63,984 nucleotides of DNA, filler included, from Rhabdomonas costata (GCA_019059605.1; 37 parts of 37 records of this genome joined end to end with filler, not necessarily neighbours in it), one strand, 5' to 3'. Positions 24,813 to 38,271 are shown, counted from the first letter of the whole stretch. Notes: generated by a model from the sequence alone, not told the origin. Program-made: numbers and translations.

Positions 24813-27800
24813 CTGAGTGGACCCACGCAAACTCGGTGAACAGTTGAGGTAGTGCAGCGCGAAAAATCCTGTTTGAAGTTGGAAGGGGGGGCCTTCCGGC
24901 AGCAGCCGTTCTGGCCTACTCAACTGATCCCCCACCTCACACCCGGGCCTGCACCAATTGTGAGGGGGTCACTCCAGGATATGCTGAAATGGAGGGTATG
25001 GACCGCTTCCTGCTGCTCCCCTCAGCTTATCTCCCGAAATAAGCATCCTGGGACAAGGGCCGCAGCGAAAACACACTCCGATCAAACCGAAGAACATGGG
25101 ATCAGTTTTTACTGCACAAATGTTGTTACTGCAGAAAGAATGGTCGAGTACCCCCGGTGACAAGTGCTGAATACAACATTCAACTCTTCATCGGGTTAGG
25201 GGTCGCACTCCAACCCTCGAACAAGCTCAAACAACTCCACCCTGAAACCTAAATTCCAAGTGGTTGCTCAGTGAAACAACCGCAATGAACGAGGCTTGCA
25301 CAAAGATGACATCCCAAACTCCCAAACGGGCACCTTCAGCGGCAAGAACATTGCACAAGGGAAAACTATTCTGGGTTCTAGTACTTCCAAAAAAAAAGTT
25401 CAGCACTGCAGCGGCTACAATCTCCATCTCAACCCTCCTAACCATGGAGCAAGTCCATGCCCAACCTGATGTCTTTGCTGGGAGTCTGCGGGTCGCCCCC
25501 CGGCTCCCTCTGCCGCAGTCGCGCTCGTGACGCTGGCGCTGGGGTTTGGCGGTGGAGGGGAGGCCAGGGCAACAGAGGTCCGGGCGCTCTGATCTTCACA
25601 GTTCGTCACCTGTGCCGGTGTCCTGCAAAATGAACGGCGAGGGAGTGGGGACGAGGACAAAAATCTGAGAAACAAAACCAAGGCCAAAGTCCAGCGTCAG
25701 AAGTCTTCCACAAACACAACAGAGGCCCAAAGGAGAGAAAAAGTCAACAGGAAAACGTGGGGATTGGGGATGCACACATGCAGCCATAAAATCGGGAAAT
25801 TAATTATTGCAAGGGGGTCAGGACGTGATGTACCCACCATCTTTACGAAGGTACACAGCCAAATCTCTGCCATGAATATCGATTGAACCACAACAACCNN
25901 NNNNNNNNNNNNNNNNNNNNNNNNNNNNNNNNNNNNNNNNNNTTAATTAATTAANNNNNNNNNNNNNNNNNNNNNNNNNNNNNNNNNNNNNNNNNNNNGG
26001 GTGGGTGGGTGTGCGCGGTGGTTTAGCCGTGAATTTCTTGGGCGACCGTGCGCGTGGTTGCGTTTTGGGGTTTCTCTGTGCCCGTGAAAGGGGTGGAGGG
26101 GGGGTGCACATGTGCTGGTTGTTGGAAGGGTGTGTTGGTAGGTCTGTTCCGGCGCGCGTTGCGGCCGCTTGCTTTACCCCCTTCTCAGTGATTCTGCTTT
26201 ACTGCTTTTGCTGGGTGTGAGTTGTGACCTGCGCGGTGGGGGTCACCGAAGTTTGCCCGCTCGCCTGCTGCGCGCTGTTATCGAGTATGCACTTTGCAGC
26301 TTTCAGAAGAGGAAACACAAGGTAGTTTTAGGCCCTCTGCAAACCTGAATTCCTCTATTTGTAGTTCTGGGGGCCTCCGGACCGGGGTTGGACCACTTTA
26401 ACTCTTACTTTAGCCTTTTCGCTCGGTAACTTCCAACATGCTTAGCTTAGCTAACTTATGCTTCCAATATGCTTCGAGGGATTCGAGGGATGGCAGTCTT
26501 CTTAGTTGTGAATACAGTTTATTGGCACTTTCCAAGGTTTGAGCTTGAAACTCTACCCCGCCCACGCACATCATTTGTATTGCGGTGGTTGCGGTTGCAA
26601 CCTTTCAACCTGCAAAAGGATACATCGTCAGTGAAACAACTTCACTTGAAGCAACCTCCAGCACCACCCGATTCTGCCTCGCCGCGGACTGGCCTCCGTA
26701 ACCAACACAACGTGTGACAACGAGACGGGGTCAGAACCGGAGAAAAAGGACCAACGCAAGCTCGATTTGCACGTCTGTGGTTCCTGTGGTTCACGGCGTG
26801 AGCCAACAGAGGATCACCATTGCGGCTGAGTAATCTTACCCCTCCAGAGGCATATTTGGTCACGGGGGGGGGGGTCGTGTTTCAGCTTAACTCCCTTTCC
26901 AAATTTCTGGCTGCATCTCCGCATCCATCTGAAATGTTTCATTTGCAAAGGCCTTATCAAGGCGCAATTTTGTTGAATTGGGCCTGGGGCACACTTGTCT
27001 GAATCGTTGCAGACCTGCAGACCATACTAAGCCTAATATACTAACCTAACTACTCACCCTCGACAGGGGCTGCATAGCCTATTGGGGGATAGAGCTAAGA
27101 TACTTCATGCTCCATGCTCCAACACGTTTTTTCCGGAAAGCTTCGGTTTTTAGGTGCCCCAGAGGCCTTTTGATGTCGTGTAAGGGCCTTATTTGGATGT
27201 TTTAGGCATTGCTGGCCTGTCGGAAAGAGTAAGTCAGGCTAGTCGGCGCACCCAAAGTGTGTCAATAGCTGAATTACTGTGAATATGACTGTGCTTCGAG
27301 AATTCTCGCTGCGTAGTAAGCGGTCCTGCCTGATGACGAAGGTTACAAAGTTCTGCGGAGGTCCTTGTCACTTGCCTGGACAAAAAAACGCAGATTTCTG
27401 CACATTGGGGTAAGGCGGTACGCCCATCAAACTACGCCTTGTGGGTGTATGTCCTTGACCACTGTGACATCCCTTGCAGCGGATCGACTGGGATTTTTCT
27501 GACGTCTACCCATCCCATCCCATCCCGTCTGTTGCTGCTGTGAAAGATAGTATGCTGGGCGTCGCCCGAGGGACGTCTCCCGTGGTCGGGGCCCGGTCCA
27601 GCTTCTTCTCCTACTCCGTGCCCACACAACNNNNNNNNNNNNNNNNNNNNNNNNNNNNNNNNNNNNNNNNNNNNTTAATTAATTAANNNNNNNNNNNNNN
27701 NNNNNNNNNNNNNNNNNNNNNNNNNNNNNNGGTGGGGGGGGTGTGCCTCTTGGTGGCCTTTCGCATCCCTTTTCTCGCAGTGAAAGGTTTCCTAACGTAG

Positions 27801-28353
27801 AGATCGGCTCTGCAGCACTCTTTCTGCTCCACTGCTTCTTCCTTAAAGGTCCGTTTCGAAGGCATTATGACTGTTACGTGCGTTCTCATCAGATGTTTTC
27901 TGCCACCGGCACGTCGATCAGCTGCGGCCATTTTCATGGTACTGGCACAAGCAGGGGCACTCGCAGACCTACAGGGGAGGTTTGGCTGCTCTCCTGCCTC
28001 TGCCTCTGCCTCTGTTTCTGGCTTAGATGTCCTCGGAAACATTTCTGCGTGAGATTTTGCGGGAGTTAGAGAAGCGGGAGGAAGTTCCCGAGGGTGTAGC
28101 TTGGCCCGTTGTGCTAGCGGGGCGCTATACATATGTCATACGGCACTTATGTCTCCGACTATCCCTGACGGTGTGTTGGGTTGGGGTTAGGAGGGCATTG
28201 AATAGTCATCTTACTATCTTACCAGTACAGTTACCCTACCCCCAAAAAAATTTAAAGAGCAACCCTCTGCACTATTCTCGTATCTTCGTTAAGTTCCATG
28301 GCTTCCCTTCTTACTCATCCACTCATGTTAATGGTTCCACTGGGATTCTGTAG

Positions 28354-28411
28354 CGCCCTCTTCACTGGCACCGCCCTCTTTACTGGCACCGCCCTCTTTA
28401 CTGGCACCGCC
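28354..28411. repeat. 18-bp minisatellite x3 (CGCCCTCTTYACTGGCAC)
   Basis: Read directly from the sequence. Confidence 0.9.
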
Positions 28412-28496
28412 ATCAAGTTTCCTTTGTTTTTGCACAGAGGGCACTCGCTACTCATCGGTGCTGCGTATGTGTGTGGGCTGTGTGTGGCCACTTCAG

Positions 28497-29362
28497 GGAC
28501 CTACAAGGGCTTGGACATCTCCTTCAGTGTTGAGGATTCCTTCGCCGGGATTTTGATCCGTACCATTCAGAACACGCAGACTAAAGTACGCTGGTAAATT
28601 TTCTGTGCGTTTCGTTCTCTCGCGGATGCGTGTCGCAAGCTTCGGTGTGACTGTGGCACAGGAGGTGCTCAGTGGCTGCTGCGTCGTGGCCGACCACGTG
28701 CTCCAGTGTGCAGGATGTGAATCCGTTCAGTCCTTCGTGGCCTTGCCGGGCTACAACCCCTACATCGACCAAAACCAAGTGCTGTGCCTGGAGCGAGGTT
28801 GTTCCGAGGCTGCTGATGCTGCTTTCCCCAACACCTTCCTTCCACTCTCTTCCACTCGTCTGGTAACGTGACAGATTTTGGCCCACCTAATGCAGCTGCT
28901 CTGCAGTGCAGCAAAAGAAGGGTGTGATGCCTTGCGACATGGCTTTGCTCGTATGCAGAAGTGTTTCCTGCTTCCTAGTTGATGCTCACCTAAGGATCTA
29001 TTGCATTCCCATTTCCGGTGTTGCAACCGCGTCCCGCCCTTGCAAGAGTGTGGGGGGGCCACTGAGTTCCTAAGTTCATAAGATATGGCAGACGTCTTTT
29101 GTCTCCTTTCTCTCTTTGCACTGTTTTGTCGGCCTGGCACTTCATTTAGTTTTACGCCTATTTCAGAGGAAGGTTTGTTGTGAATGATTGCTCCCAGATC
29201 TGGACGCCGGGAAGGGTCGAGCCACGCTGCCCATCTATACCTCCCCCAGAGTTGGGCTCACTCTGAAGCAAAGTGATGGGGACCGCGCATTTTTCATCAT
29301 GCAGCCCTACCGGTTTTGCGTGGATGTGCCTCTGATCGTGAAGGGAAGAGACCACCAAAAAC
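28497..29362 (+). CDS. Methylpurine-DNA glycosylase (MPG/AAG)-like protein fragment (exons 28497-28585, 28662-28797, 29198-contig end)
   Basis: GTYKGLDISF..FAGILIRTI, IYTSPRVGL and PYRF parallel the AAG motifs AVLIRA, PRIGI and PWRF. The GT-AG introns are phase-consistent. Confidence 0.7.
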
Positions 29363-29493
29363 NNNNNNNNNNNNNNNNNNNNNNNNNNNNNNNNNNNNNN
29401 NNNNNNTTAATTAATTAANNNNNNNNNNNNNNNNNNNNNNNNNNNNNNNNNNNNNNNNNNNNGTGTTGGTGTGTGTGGGGTGTGGTGGGGCAG

Positions 29494-30462
29494 CGGAGGG
29501 TGCTAGAGCTGGCCTGCGGGGTGCTGGTGGGGCGGCCGGGTCGCCGCGGGAGGCTGAGCGAGGGGTTCCTGCAGCTCGCTCCGCACTTCCTGAGGTGTTC
29601 TGTCTCACTCACTCACTCGCATGAGACTGATGTGGATGTATGGCAACGATAGGAACAGATGTCGGGCGAGGTGGCAAGTGCGATAGTACTCGTCGGCGTG
29701 GGCTGCGGAAGAGGCGAAAATCGAGTTTCCAAAACCTGGGGGGGGTGTCGAACCAGGGGCAGACTGCCGCCTAAACTTTCGTAGACTACCTAACTGAATT
29801 ATTATAAATCCAATTTTGCGGATTTGCCTCCCTGAAATATAATATTGCCGAGTGCACACCCTCTCGCCATACCCTCTCACCCGCGTGCCAGCAGCGATAC
29901 ATTGAGATGGAGATGGGCACAACGAAGATCTCGCAAACCGCTGTTTTGGGGACCTTTGACCACGTTGCCGGCTGACACTTTGTGGGCAGTGCTCGCAGGG
30001 CAAGTGTGAGCTGTTTAGTACTGATGATAAAAAAGGCTGCTCCCCCGATTCACGGCGTTGTACTTCTCGATGCCAGGGGCCGTGCTTACTGGGTTCCTTG
30101 GTTTGTCCAGTTGTGGGTGTGTGGGAGCGGCACCAGTTACGATTTCCAGATGAGAATGGTAAATCCTGGGTAAGGTCCTCACGGGATCCAACCCTCCACC
30201 CCCAGACCCACTTTCGCCCCAAAACTGAGTCCGCCCTGCTTATAGGGGTAAATGTTAAACGTTCTTTACCACCCCAAAAAATACAGCCCACACACACACA
30301 CACACGTAGGCCAGGGCTGTTAATGAACGTGGCCCGTATGGTGCTGGACGAGGCCGCGGAGGTGAGGCACGTCGAGGTCCCCATAGTGGAGCTGGTGGGC
30401 CGCCACGGCAAGCACGCTGTCTTCCTCTTCGCCGAGAGCGACGGTGTGGTTGGGCGAATCGG
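29494..30462 (+). CDS. Possible lipid-droplet-associated hydrolase (LDAH-like alpha/beta hydrolase) fragment (exons 29494-29594, 30310-~30445/30462)
   Basis: Phase-2 join. LLMNVARMVLDEAAEV...HGKHAVFLFAESDG resembles, from memory, the LDAH segment leading to the catalytic Asp. Confidence 0.4.
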
Positions 30463-31546
30463 GTGGGTGTGAATGGTATGGGCTCTGTGCGTTTAAGAAA
30501 ACATTGGCTGACTCTGAAGGACCGAATGAGGAAGACCTGTGAGCAATCCTGAGAAAAAGGGACCGGCGAGGGACGCTCTTTACGGTTGTTTGCGTGGCAA
30601 GCACTCTAGAGGAATGCAGAGGAATCACTTTCGTCGTGAGCTGTGATCTCTGCTTGCAACAGTGCGTTGTTGCTTGTAGTTATGTCGCTGCAGCGCCTAC
30701 TTGACACTCGGTAATGTTTATGTGGCCAATACCTTTCGGTTTGTCGGAGCAATCTGATAGATTGTTTGCCGGGTGATGGTGGTGACCGTGTGCGTTAACT
30801 TTCATTATGCTTGTTCTTTATTGGCATTCCGACGGTTCCTTCGGTCATCGCATCTTTGTGAGGCGTTCGGCTAACCCAACCAGTGGAGTACAACCGCTTC
30901 CCGAGGCGAGTGAGAACCGTCCAAGCATGCGGAGTTGGTGGGGTTCGGCACCTTCGGCACCCTTCTCCACTGGAGCCGTCTTTTAACAGTTGGAGCGGCC
31001 CTCTGTAGTCTCACGCCGAAGCAAAATTCAGCGCCATTGGAAATGTCATTTTTCTGCGCAATTCTATTAAACTTCTAAGAATCTACCCACACAANNNNNN
31101 NNNNNNNNNNNNNNNNNNNNNNNNNNNNNNNNNNNNNNTTAATTAATTAANNNNNNNNNNNNNNNNNNNNNNNNNNNNNNNNNNNNNNNNNNNNTGAAGT
31201 CATGTGCGAAGAGGTGAGGTGGGAGAGATGACCGGGTGATTTAAAGGAAATGTCGCTTTATCATTCAAACTATCTGCAGCCAAAGCAATCAATCGATTCA
31301 AAAGCTTTACTCTCGTTCACCTGACCCATTGACCACCTGGTGGTTATTCCGGGCCGCATCGAGCGGAGGAGATGATGCGCTAGTTGTGCCATCGGTAATC
31401 ACGGGACTAGTACCAGGGTTACAAAAAGCCGTAATCCAGTCGAAAAAAGCGCGGCAGTACCGACTTCTTGGGCTGCATCCACAGCAATTGCAACCACTTT
31501 CAGAGTCTTCCAAGCAATTCAGCTGAGGCTGAGCAACTCAAACTGT

Positions 31547-32662
31547 TCAAACTGTATCGCTCAGATCGGCTGGAACATAGGCTTTTTGGCGATCACCACT
31601 TCCAGCGACAGCGTCAGTCTCAGCTCCCCCTTCCCAGCTCTGGAGATCGACCATGACAAACCGCAGCTTGTTGTGAGGCGGCTGAACGGCCGCTAGGGGC
31701 GTGTTGCCCTGATGCACCCAGGTCTGGTATTCGATTTCGGAAACCACAGTCCACCCCAGCCTCGAGGCAATCCGTGCGGTAAACTCGCTGTTGGCATGCA
31801 TGGTAGCTACACGATAGCCCCTCTGGCGGAGCTGCCGAGAGGCGGTCTCCAGAAGTCTTCGGCCAATTTGCAGTCCCCGGAAGCGCTGTTGCACCGCTGA
31901 GAAATGCAAACCGAAACAAAAATCGAAAATCGAAAGCCGAAGAGTGAAGAATTATGAATAATTTTACCACATGAAAAGGTTGGCGGAATAAAAAAGGAAT
32001 GTGATAGCGCTGCAGCTCAAGTGTATAACAAGGAAAGCAGTTTATTTGCCAAGGTGTCCCAGCATGGCGCGGAATGAAACCACTCCCTCCCCGATTGACC
32101 TCCTTTCGAGACCACTGCACATTAACCACCCGTAAAGGGGGGGGGGGGGTAATGGCGGGTTTTCAAGATGCACGTACGCCTTACTGCATCTGCAGCAGGA
32201 GAGCACATGACTAACATGAAACGTCATCAGACTTTACTTTTCTAATTATTGCTCTAATTATTGTGGGAAGCACGTTTCCACCACCCTAACCCTAACCCTA
32301 ACCCTAACCCTAACCCTAACCCTAACCCTAAACCTGCTCTTTCACAAATAATGGAAAATGAAAATTTGGGTGGTGGATTGGATAAAACTGCGCCACTTGT
32401 ACGGCTAAGGCGACCTTGACGCAATTCCACGACAGAACGCTTGCTAACTACCTGCTATGTAGCCTGGTGGAGGCGAGGGGGGGGGGCATGCCAAGCAGTC
32501 TGAACACAGCCACCTCACCAGGCTTCGGATTGGGATGCGTTTTGTGGAATGGGGCCTCGGTCTCGTCCTGCGCCGCGAAAATCGGCCCGCATCCAAGGCG
32601 GAGGTACTCTTGGACCACACTAACAGGAATTTCATAGGTGCCGTCTCGAACCACGAGCGCAC
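31547..32662 (-). CDS. GNAT N-acetyltransferase, insect arylalkylamine-NAT-like (exons 32662-32492, 31896-31547)
   Basis: The spliced product EVAVFRLLAVQQRFRGLQIGRRLL contains GNAT motif A, followed by NSEFTARIASRLGW and QPPH, typical of the iAANAT C-terminal half. Confidence 0.8.
32284..32331 (+). repeat. Internal telomere-type array (CCCTAA)8 within the GNAT intron
   Basis: Read directly; unique sequence on both sides. Confidence 0.95.
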
Positions 32663-33796
32663 CTGCGGGTAAGCGCAAAGGAAGGCCGATGAACTCTGGG
32701 GGATTCTGGGGGATTTGAGATCAATAAGTGGGGTTAGGCTCCAAACGAGTTTGCGAATAGAATTTGGGAGAGCATGCTATTGGACAAACAGGATGGGTCA
32801 GGACAATTGCCGCGAACACCCACACAAANNNNNNNNNNNNNNNNNNNNNNNNNNNNNNNNNNNNNNNNNNNNTTAATTAATTAANNNNNNNNNNNNNNNN
32901 NNNNNNNNNNNNNNNNNNNNNNNNNNNNGTGTTGTTGGAATACGTTGGGATACACCGAACCCTTACACCGCTGCACGTCCAGTCAGTCCAAGAGGCAAAG
33001 TCCAAGAGGCAGGAACGTTTTCTAGGATGGGCTTCCCACCCGCAAGCATGCAGGATACCAGCCAAGGGTGCAATCACCAGAACGCGGTAATTTCGTACAG
33101 CAAAGCCCCAGCTAATCCGAAAAGCCGCAGGGGCCACAAGCAAGAAGCCGCAAAGTCCTGTAAAAAGTTTCGCACAAAAAAGTTTGAATCTTCCGTTTTC
33201 ACCACTTTCCTGACATATCCCACTTTGGGCAGTGGAATTATTTAATAAGAATAAACAGATAATGTATCATGACTGTATTATTTTATGGGTATTTACATAC
33301 TACTAACATGTAGTTCATGTATGCAGCCATACTGCTAATAATACGTGTACATACATATGAGTATCTACAAATGGTTCGATCGGTTTATTCGTCCTCAGCC
33401 AAAACTGGACACGATCGGCTCCCGTCTCGACATCACTAACCATCACAAAGACACTATCAGCGATTGATAGCTCCGCGTATGGTGCACGAATCGGCCTCTG
33501 TAGCTGCTCCTCCTTCTCCTTTTCCCCTCAGAGCTTCCACAGATTCCCAGTGGGGTCGCCTGTGCGACCCGCGCCCACAGTGGCGGGGAGCTCGAGGATC
33601 ACTCGGAGTTTGCCTTGCGTGGTTCTGACCTCCCTCCCTCCCCCTCTCTCTTCCTTTGACCTAAAGTTGGCACAGGTTTCCGGTGGAATTTACCCAGCAG
33701 TTTGGCTTTGTGGTTTGCAAGTTGGGGGGTGGGCTTCACCCCTTGCGGTTGAGTTTTGTTGCACATGTGCGGATGTGCTGCCACTTTGCACTACAG

Positions 33797-33939
33797 GCGG
33801 GGTAGTCGAGCAGAGCCCAGCTCCTCTCCTCCGCCATCGCAGCAGCAGCCTTGATGGAGGAGAAGCTGACGAGGATGACGACGAGGACAACCCGGCGTAC
33901 GAGCTTGTGTTTGAGCCATACGAGGGCGAGGATGCCGAG
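33797..33939 (+). CDS. Acidic internal exon of an unknown protein
   Basis: TACAG acceptor, GTTGGC donor, peptide ...SSSLDGGEADEDDDEDNPAYELVFEPYEGEDAE. Confidence 0.5.
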
Positions 33940-35207
33940 GTTGGCTTGTGTGCTCATTTGCGCGCAGCCCCCATCTGCCACTCAATCAAGTGGACACTTT
34001 TCACATTTCTCCTTGACGTGTTAGAGTAGAGCTGTTACCCAATTGACAAATGGATCAAGTCCTCTCCTCTGTTTGTTGGGGTTCAAACCATATTTCAGAG
34101 TATTTCACAGTACTTTACAGTCAGATGGACAGACGGGCAGACATACAAACATGTCCACAGTTTGAGCAAATTTGTGCATCTGGTGCTTTCCCCAAGTTTC
34201 CCCCTTCATTTTGGCCATTGAAATTGTTGTCAAAAAAGTCTAGATTAATTCACACGCGAGTACTCAAGTGATATCTCCAACATCGAAAGCAATTTATGAA
34301 TGTATTCGCAGACCTGCAGGTCTGTTCGCGAGTGTGCATTCGGTGAGCTACACACTGTACTTCTTCTTCCGCTTCCAGCAATGTGAGTGTTGAAGTAAGA
34401 TTGAAGAAATTAAAAAACAGTGCATCGGGCAGGAGGATGGGGTCGGGGGCTGAAAGCTCCCATTCAAGACAGGCACACGAAAACCCTTCTTCCACTTGCT
34501 CGGTGAAGTGTCTGTGTGGGGTGCCTTCGCAGCTGCCCTTGCCTACGGAGTGTGAGAGCCNNNNNNNNNNNNNNNNNNNNNNNNNNNNNNNNNNNNNNNN
34601 NNNNTTAATTAATTAANNNNNNNNNNNNNNNNNNNNNNNNNNNNNNNNNNNNNNNNNNNNGTTGTGGGTGGAACGGTGTGCTCGAGATGCCCGATAGGAC
34701 CGATGACTTATGGCGGATAATGGAACTTGTTACGAGTGTTGGGTTTGGTTGGTAACCTGTTGTGCATGTGTATGTAGCCCTGCGGTGGCATTTTCTTTTG
34801 CTGCTCCGCCGGCCGAGTGCTCGCGCGAAACTCACACTCCCAAGGCAATAGTAGTTTTGTGGGGGTGATCATGCTTCGCGCAATTACTGACCACTGTGAA
34901 GAGGATTTTCGGAGTCTTTTAGACCTGTTCAGTATGTCCTGAAGGAGAGGATATAGGTAAGGTGAGGGTTTAGAAATGTTCTCGCAGAGTGGATTGGGGT
35001 TAGGGTTGTTTTGAAAATTAGCTGGAGAGCTTTGAAGTTTGCATTAAGTTTGTGTCTTGGAGGTTACTGTTTTTGCTATAGAACTTTCGCAAAAAAAAAA
35101 GAGGCAGTGTAAGGTTATGGTGAGGCACTATTAAAGGAAGGTAAGGTTGCCGTAATTCTTATTGGCAGTGTTATTCCTTTAGTGCTTCCTTTGTCTTTTT
35201 CCCGCAG

Positions 35208-35363
35208 ACACGACCTGTGGGCCATACCCGAACTGCTATGGGTGCTTCGGGGGGTGCGGGTGGTGTGCCACCACCTCCACCTGTCAAGCGGGCACCCCTA
35301 CTGGGGCCACCACAGGGGGCAGCTGCCCAAGGTGGGCCTGGACGGCCACGGACTGCACCAAAG
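35208..35363 (+). CDS. Exon encoding a PSI (plexin/semaphorin/integrin)-type cysteine-rich domain
   Basis: A frame absent from the ORF track reads TTCGPYPNCYGCFGGCGWCATTSTCQAGTPTGATTGGSCPRWAWTATDC, with CxxC, CGWC and W..C. Strong pyrimidine tract plus CAG acceptor. Confidence 0.8.
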
Positions 35364-37258
35364 GCACGCGTGTCTGTGGGTCCTTTTGGGTCCTTGACTG
35401 GTGCTAGGTTGGAGAAGCAGCTCAAGCCGCGCAGTCAGTGAAGCCTCAGATGACAATGTGTGAAGGTCCACAGAGCGAGTTGGATAATGATGTCTGCAGG
35501 TCCTGCTAAGGCCCGGCGCCCGTCACGAAATCTCGTTTGCGTAATCGTGTTCAAGCCTCGGACATGTGGGAAAGGTGAGGTTCTTTGCGGGAAGGAGCCC
35601 ACTACCTGAAGTACGCTTTGCCCTCGACCCAATTGCGAATTCTTCTGTTCGAATCCCTCTCCCTGTGCAAGTCATTGGCTTGAACCACAGAGAGTGAGTG
35701 GCCACTAGTACCGCCCCCCCCCCTGTCTTAGGTAAACAGTGAGCACGCTACGTGAAGCACGCCACAGTGCAAACGCAATAAAGAGCAGAATCCCTCGGCA
35801 TCGACACGACGTCGAAGTAATTGTTGGGAGGAAGGAAAAGGGATAGGGGACGTACCGGAGGACTCGGAGGAGGCAGACCCACCATGGCACTGAACGGCCA
35901 AGGGGAGAGCGCAGTAGTGACCCCGCAGGAGATGCCGCAAGGCCAGCACGCACGCGAAGCTGCACAGCCTCTGCCGCGCATGCGACGACGCGCTGTACGC
36001 CGATAAGAAGGGCTGTAGGAACTGCCGCATCGGCCTGAACCCCATCCCCGCTCTCTCATTCCCACAAAGCCATAGAGCCTACGAGAAAGAGACGTTTGCT
36101 CACCTTACCGCAGAAAAAGCTCCACAGGAATCTCGCCCCCCAAAATGGATTAGAGTACCCGGTGTCATTGCTGTCCCCTCGGCAAACACTGAGCGATTCC
36201 ATGAAAACGGACCCGCCTTTCTTTCTGGGTTCCTGAGAAAAACATCGCCTTCAAACGCAGTGCAACCCCACAAACCAAACACACCACACACANNNNNNNN
36301 NNNNNNNNNNNNNNNNNNNNNNNNNNNNNNNNNNNNTTAATTAATTAANNNNNNNNNNNNNNNNNNNNNNNNNNNNNNNNNNNNNNNNNNNNGGGTTGTG
36401 GTGCTCTCTTGCAGGAATTATTCAAAAACTTGCAAGAGAGCACCACAAGCAGAATCTGGCCTTTTGGATATACTGAAGGCTTCCCGAAAATGATGCGAGG
36501 GCCTGCCCTTGGGCTCAGGATTTCCTGACCATTACTGTTTCGTTTCCAAAAGGCGGTTTCTAGTCTGAATGTGACCAAAAACGCCAGTATTCCCTAGTTT
36601 ATATAGCTTTCATACCGCACTTCTTTGAATTTTTCCTTCAATTCGTATGACAAAGCTCGATTTTAAAATGCACTTTTTGGGGTGAATAATTCCCCAGCTC
36701 GAACCCCCCTTTCCCCCATTGGGGTCAATGTTGACTTTTATGGTAGGGGTGGGTGCCCCATTGTGAAACAACATTGACTACATGGGGAAAGGGGGGCACG
36801 TATGCTTTGCACACGCCGCGGAGGGCTTACCGACGGCACCCACAGCACATTAACAGTGTTATCGACTCGCGGGACGCAAGCCTTGCTGACACCTTTTGCA
36901 ACTGGAAAATACATCACATGGGCAGAACGCTGTCTTGACCACCCAAGCTTCAAACCGCGGGAGAAGCTGCTGCAATAAAACCGCAGGCAATTTTTATTAT
37001 CCTTGGGCAACACGCTATTGCATGCTATTTCACACACTTTTTCAAGTACGCTGGGCTTACCAACGGTGTCGCAACGGACTACAAGCGAAGAGAATTGCCC
37101 AGTACCAAAGCTCCCGATGGTGATCTCAAGTAAAAAGTAAACGCCCCGTTAACGGGTTGAAAGAAAACACGAATAAATGCAACATGACATCCTGAACAGC
37201 TTCTTCATGGGCAAGGGTGTCAGCCCAAAAACACCGTCCTCCTCTACGCTTCGCACAC

Positions 37259-38024
37259 CGCAGTTTCCCACGGGACGGAACTCCGACCTCACGCAGCGCA
37301 GACTAGTACCGTTGAAGCACAGGAAGTCCCCGCCCACGTAGGTCTGGTTGAGGAACTCGCACACCACTGTGGCGAGGGGGGAAGCGGGGGTGGAATCTTC
37401 CGCGTCGCTTTACCCCCAGCACCCCTCTCCTCTCTAGCTTGTGCTCGAATGTCCATTCCGCTCCTTTATGAAATCCCTGGACCTACTACTACCTTCGGGT
37501 GTATCCTCGTTTTTTTTGTGTACCCTCGTCCCCCAAAAGCACGGCACACCAGCTCCAACAATGGCATCACATTGAATCACAAGGGCAAAGCGCAAGAAGA
37601 CGAAACCCAAACTCAGAGGAGCCATCACCGCGCAGCAAGAGTGCGGCATACGGAACGGCGGGAAGGCCTCAATAGGGCAGCTCACGTTGGTGGGGTACAG
37701 CAACCCCGTGGTGCCATTGCAAGCGCTCAGGCTGCCATTGACGCACACTTCTTGGGTGGGCAAAAGGGTCCTGCCCGCGAAGGTGCAGTTGGCTGCAAAG
37801 GACAAGGGGCAATTGTGTTCCAGAGAAGAAGAGAGAAAGGCCAACACACAGGCACCCAACCGTGCCCCTTGGCGGCTTTTTCCTTAATTCTTCTTAAATC
37901 TTGTGCCACTTCTTAAGCTATAATGTGAAAGGGTTATCGTTTAACACCCCCCTCCCTTGCAAGTACCCGCAGGCGGGACCCCGGGCAGGGAAGGGCAGCC
38001 GACGTCGGTAGAGAACAACACCCC
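37259..38024 (-). CDS. Cysteine-rich extracellular glycoprotein with repeated ~40-aa modules (exons contig start-37967, 37792-37652, 37366-37259)
   Basis: CTFAGRTLLPTQEVCVNGSLSAC and CEFLNQTYVGGDFLCFNGTSLRC share Cys spacing. Six NxS/T sequons. Phase-1 introns. Confidence 0.7.
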
Positions 38025-38271
38025 NNNNNNNNNNNNNNNNNNNNNNNNNNNNNNNNNNNNNNNNNNNNTTAATTAATTAANNNNNNNNNNNNNNNNNNNN
38101 NNNNNNNNNNNNNNNNNNNNNNNNGTGTGGGTGTGCCCAGGAGGGAAGAAGTTTTTAAAGCAGGATGGGGCCTGCCACTCAACGCAACTCTGTGCGAAGC
38201 ACTATGCTGTGATGTTTCGCTCTCAGCATGAGTGCTGGGAATGTAGGGTTGGGGCATTTATGTGGCGACAC

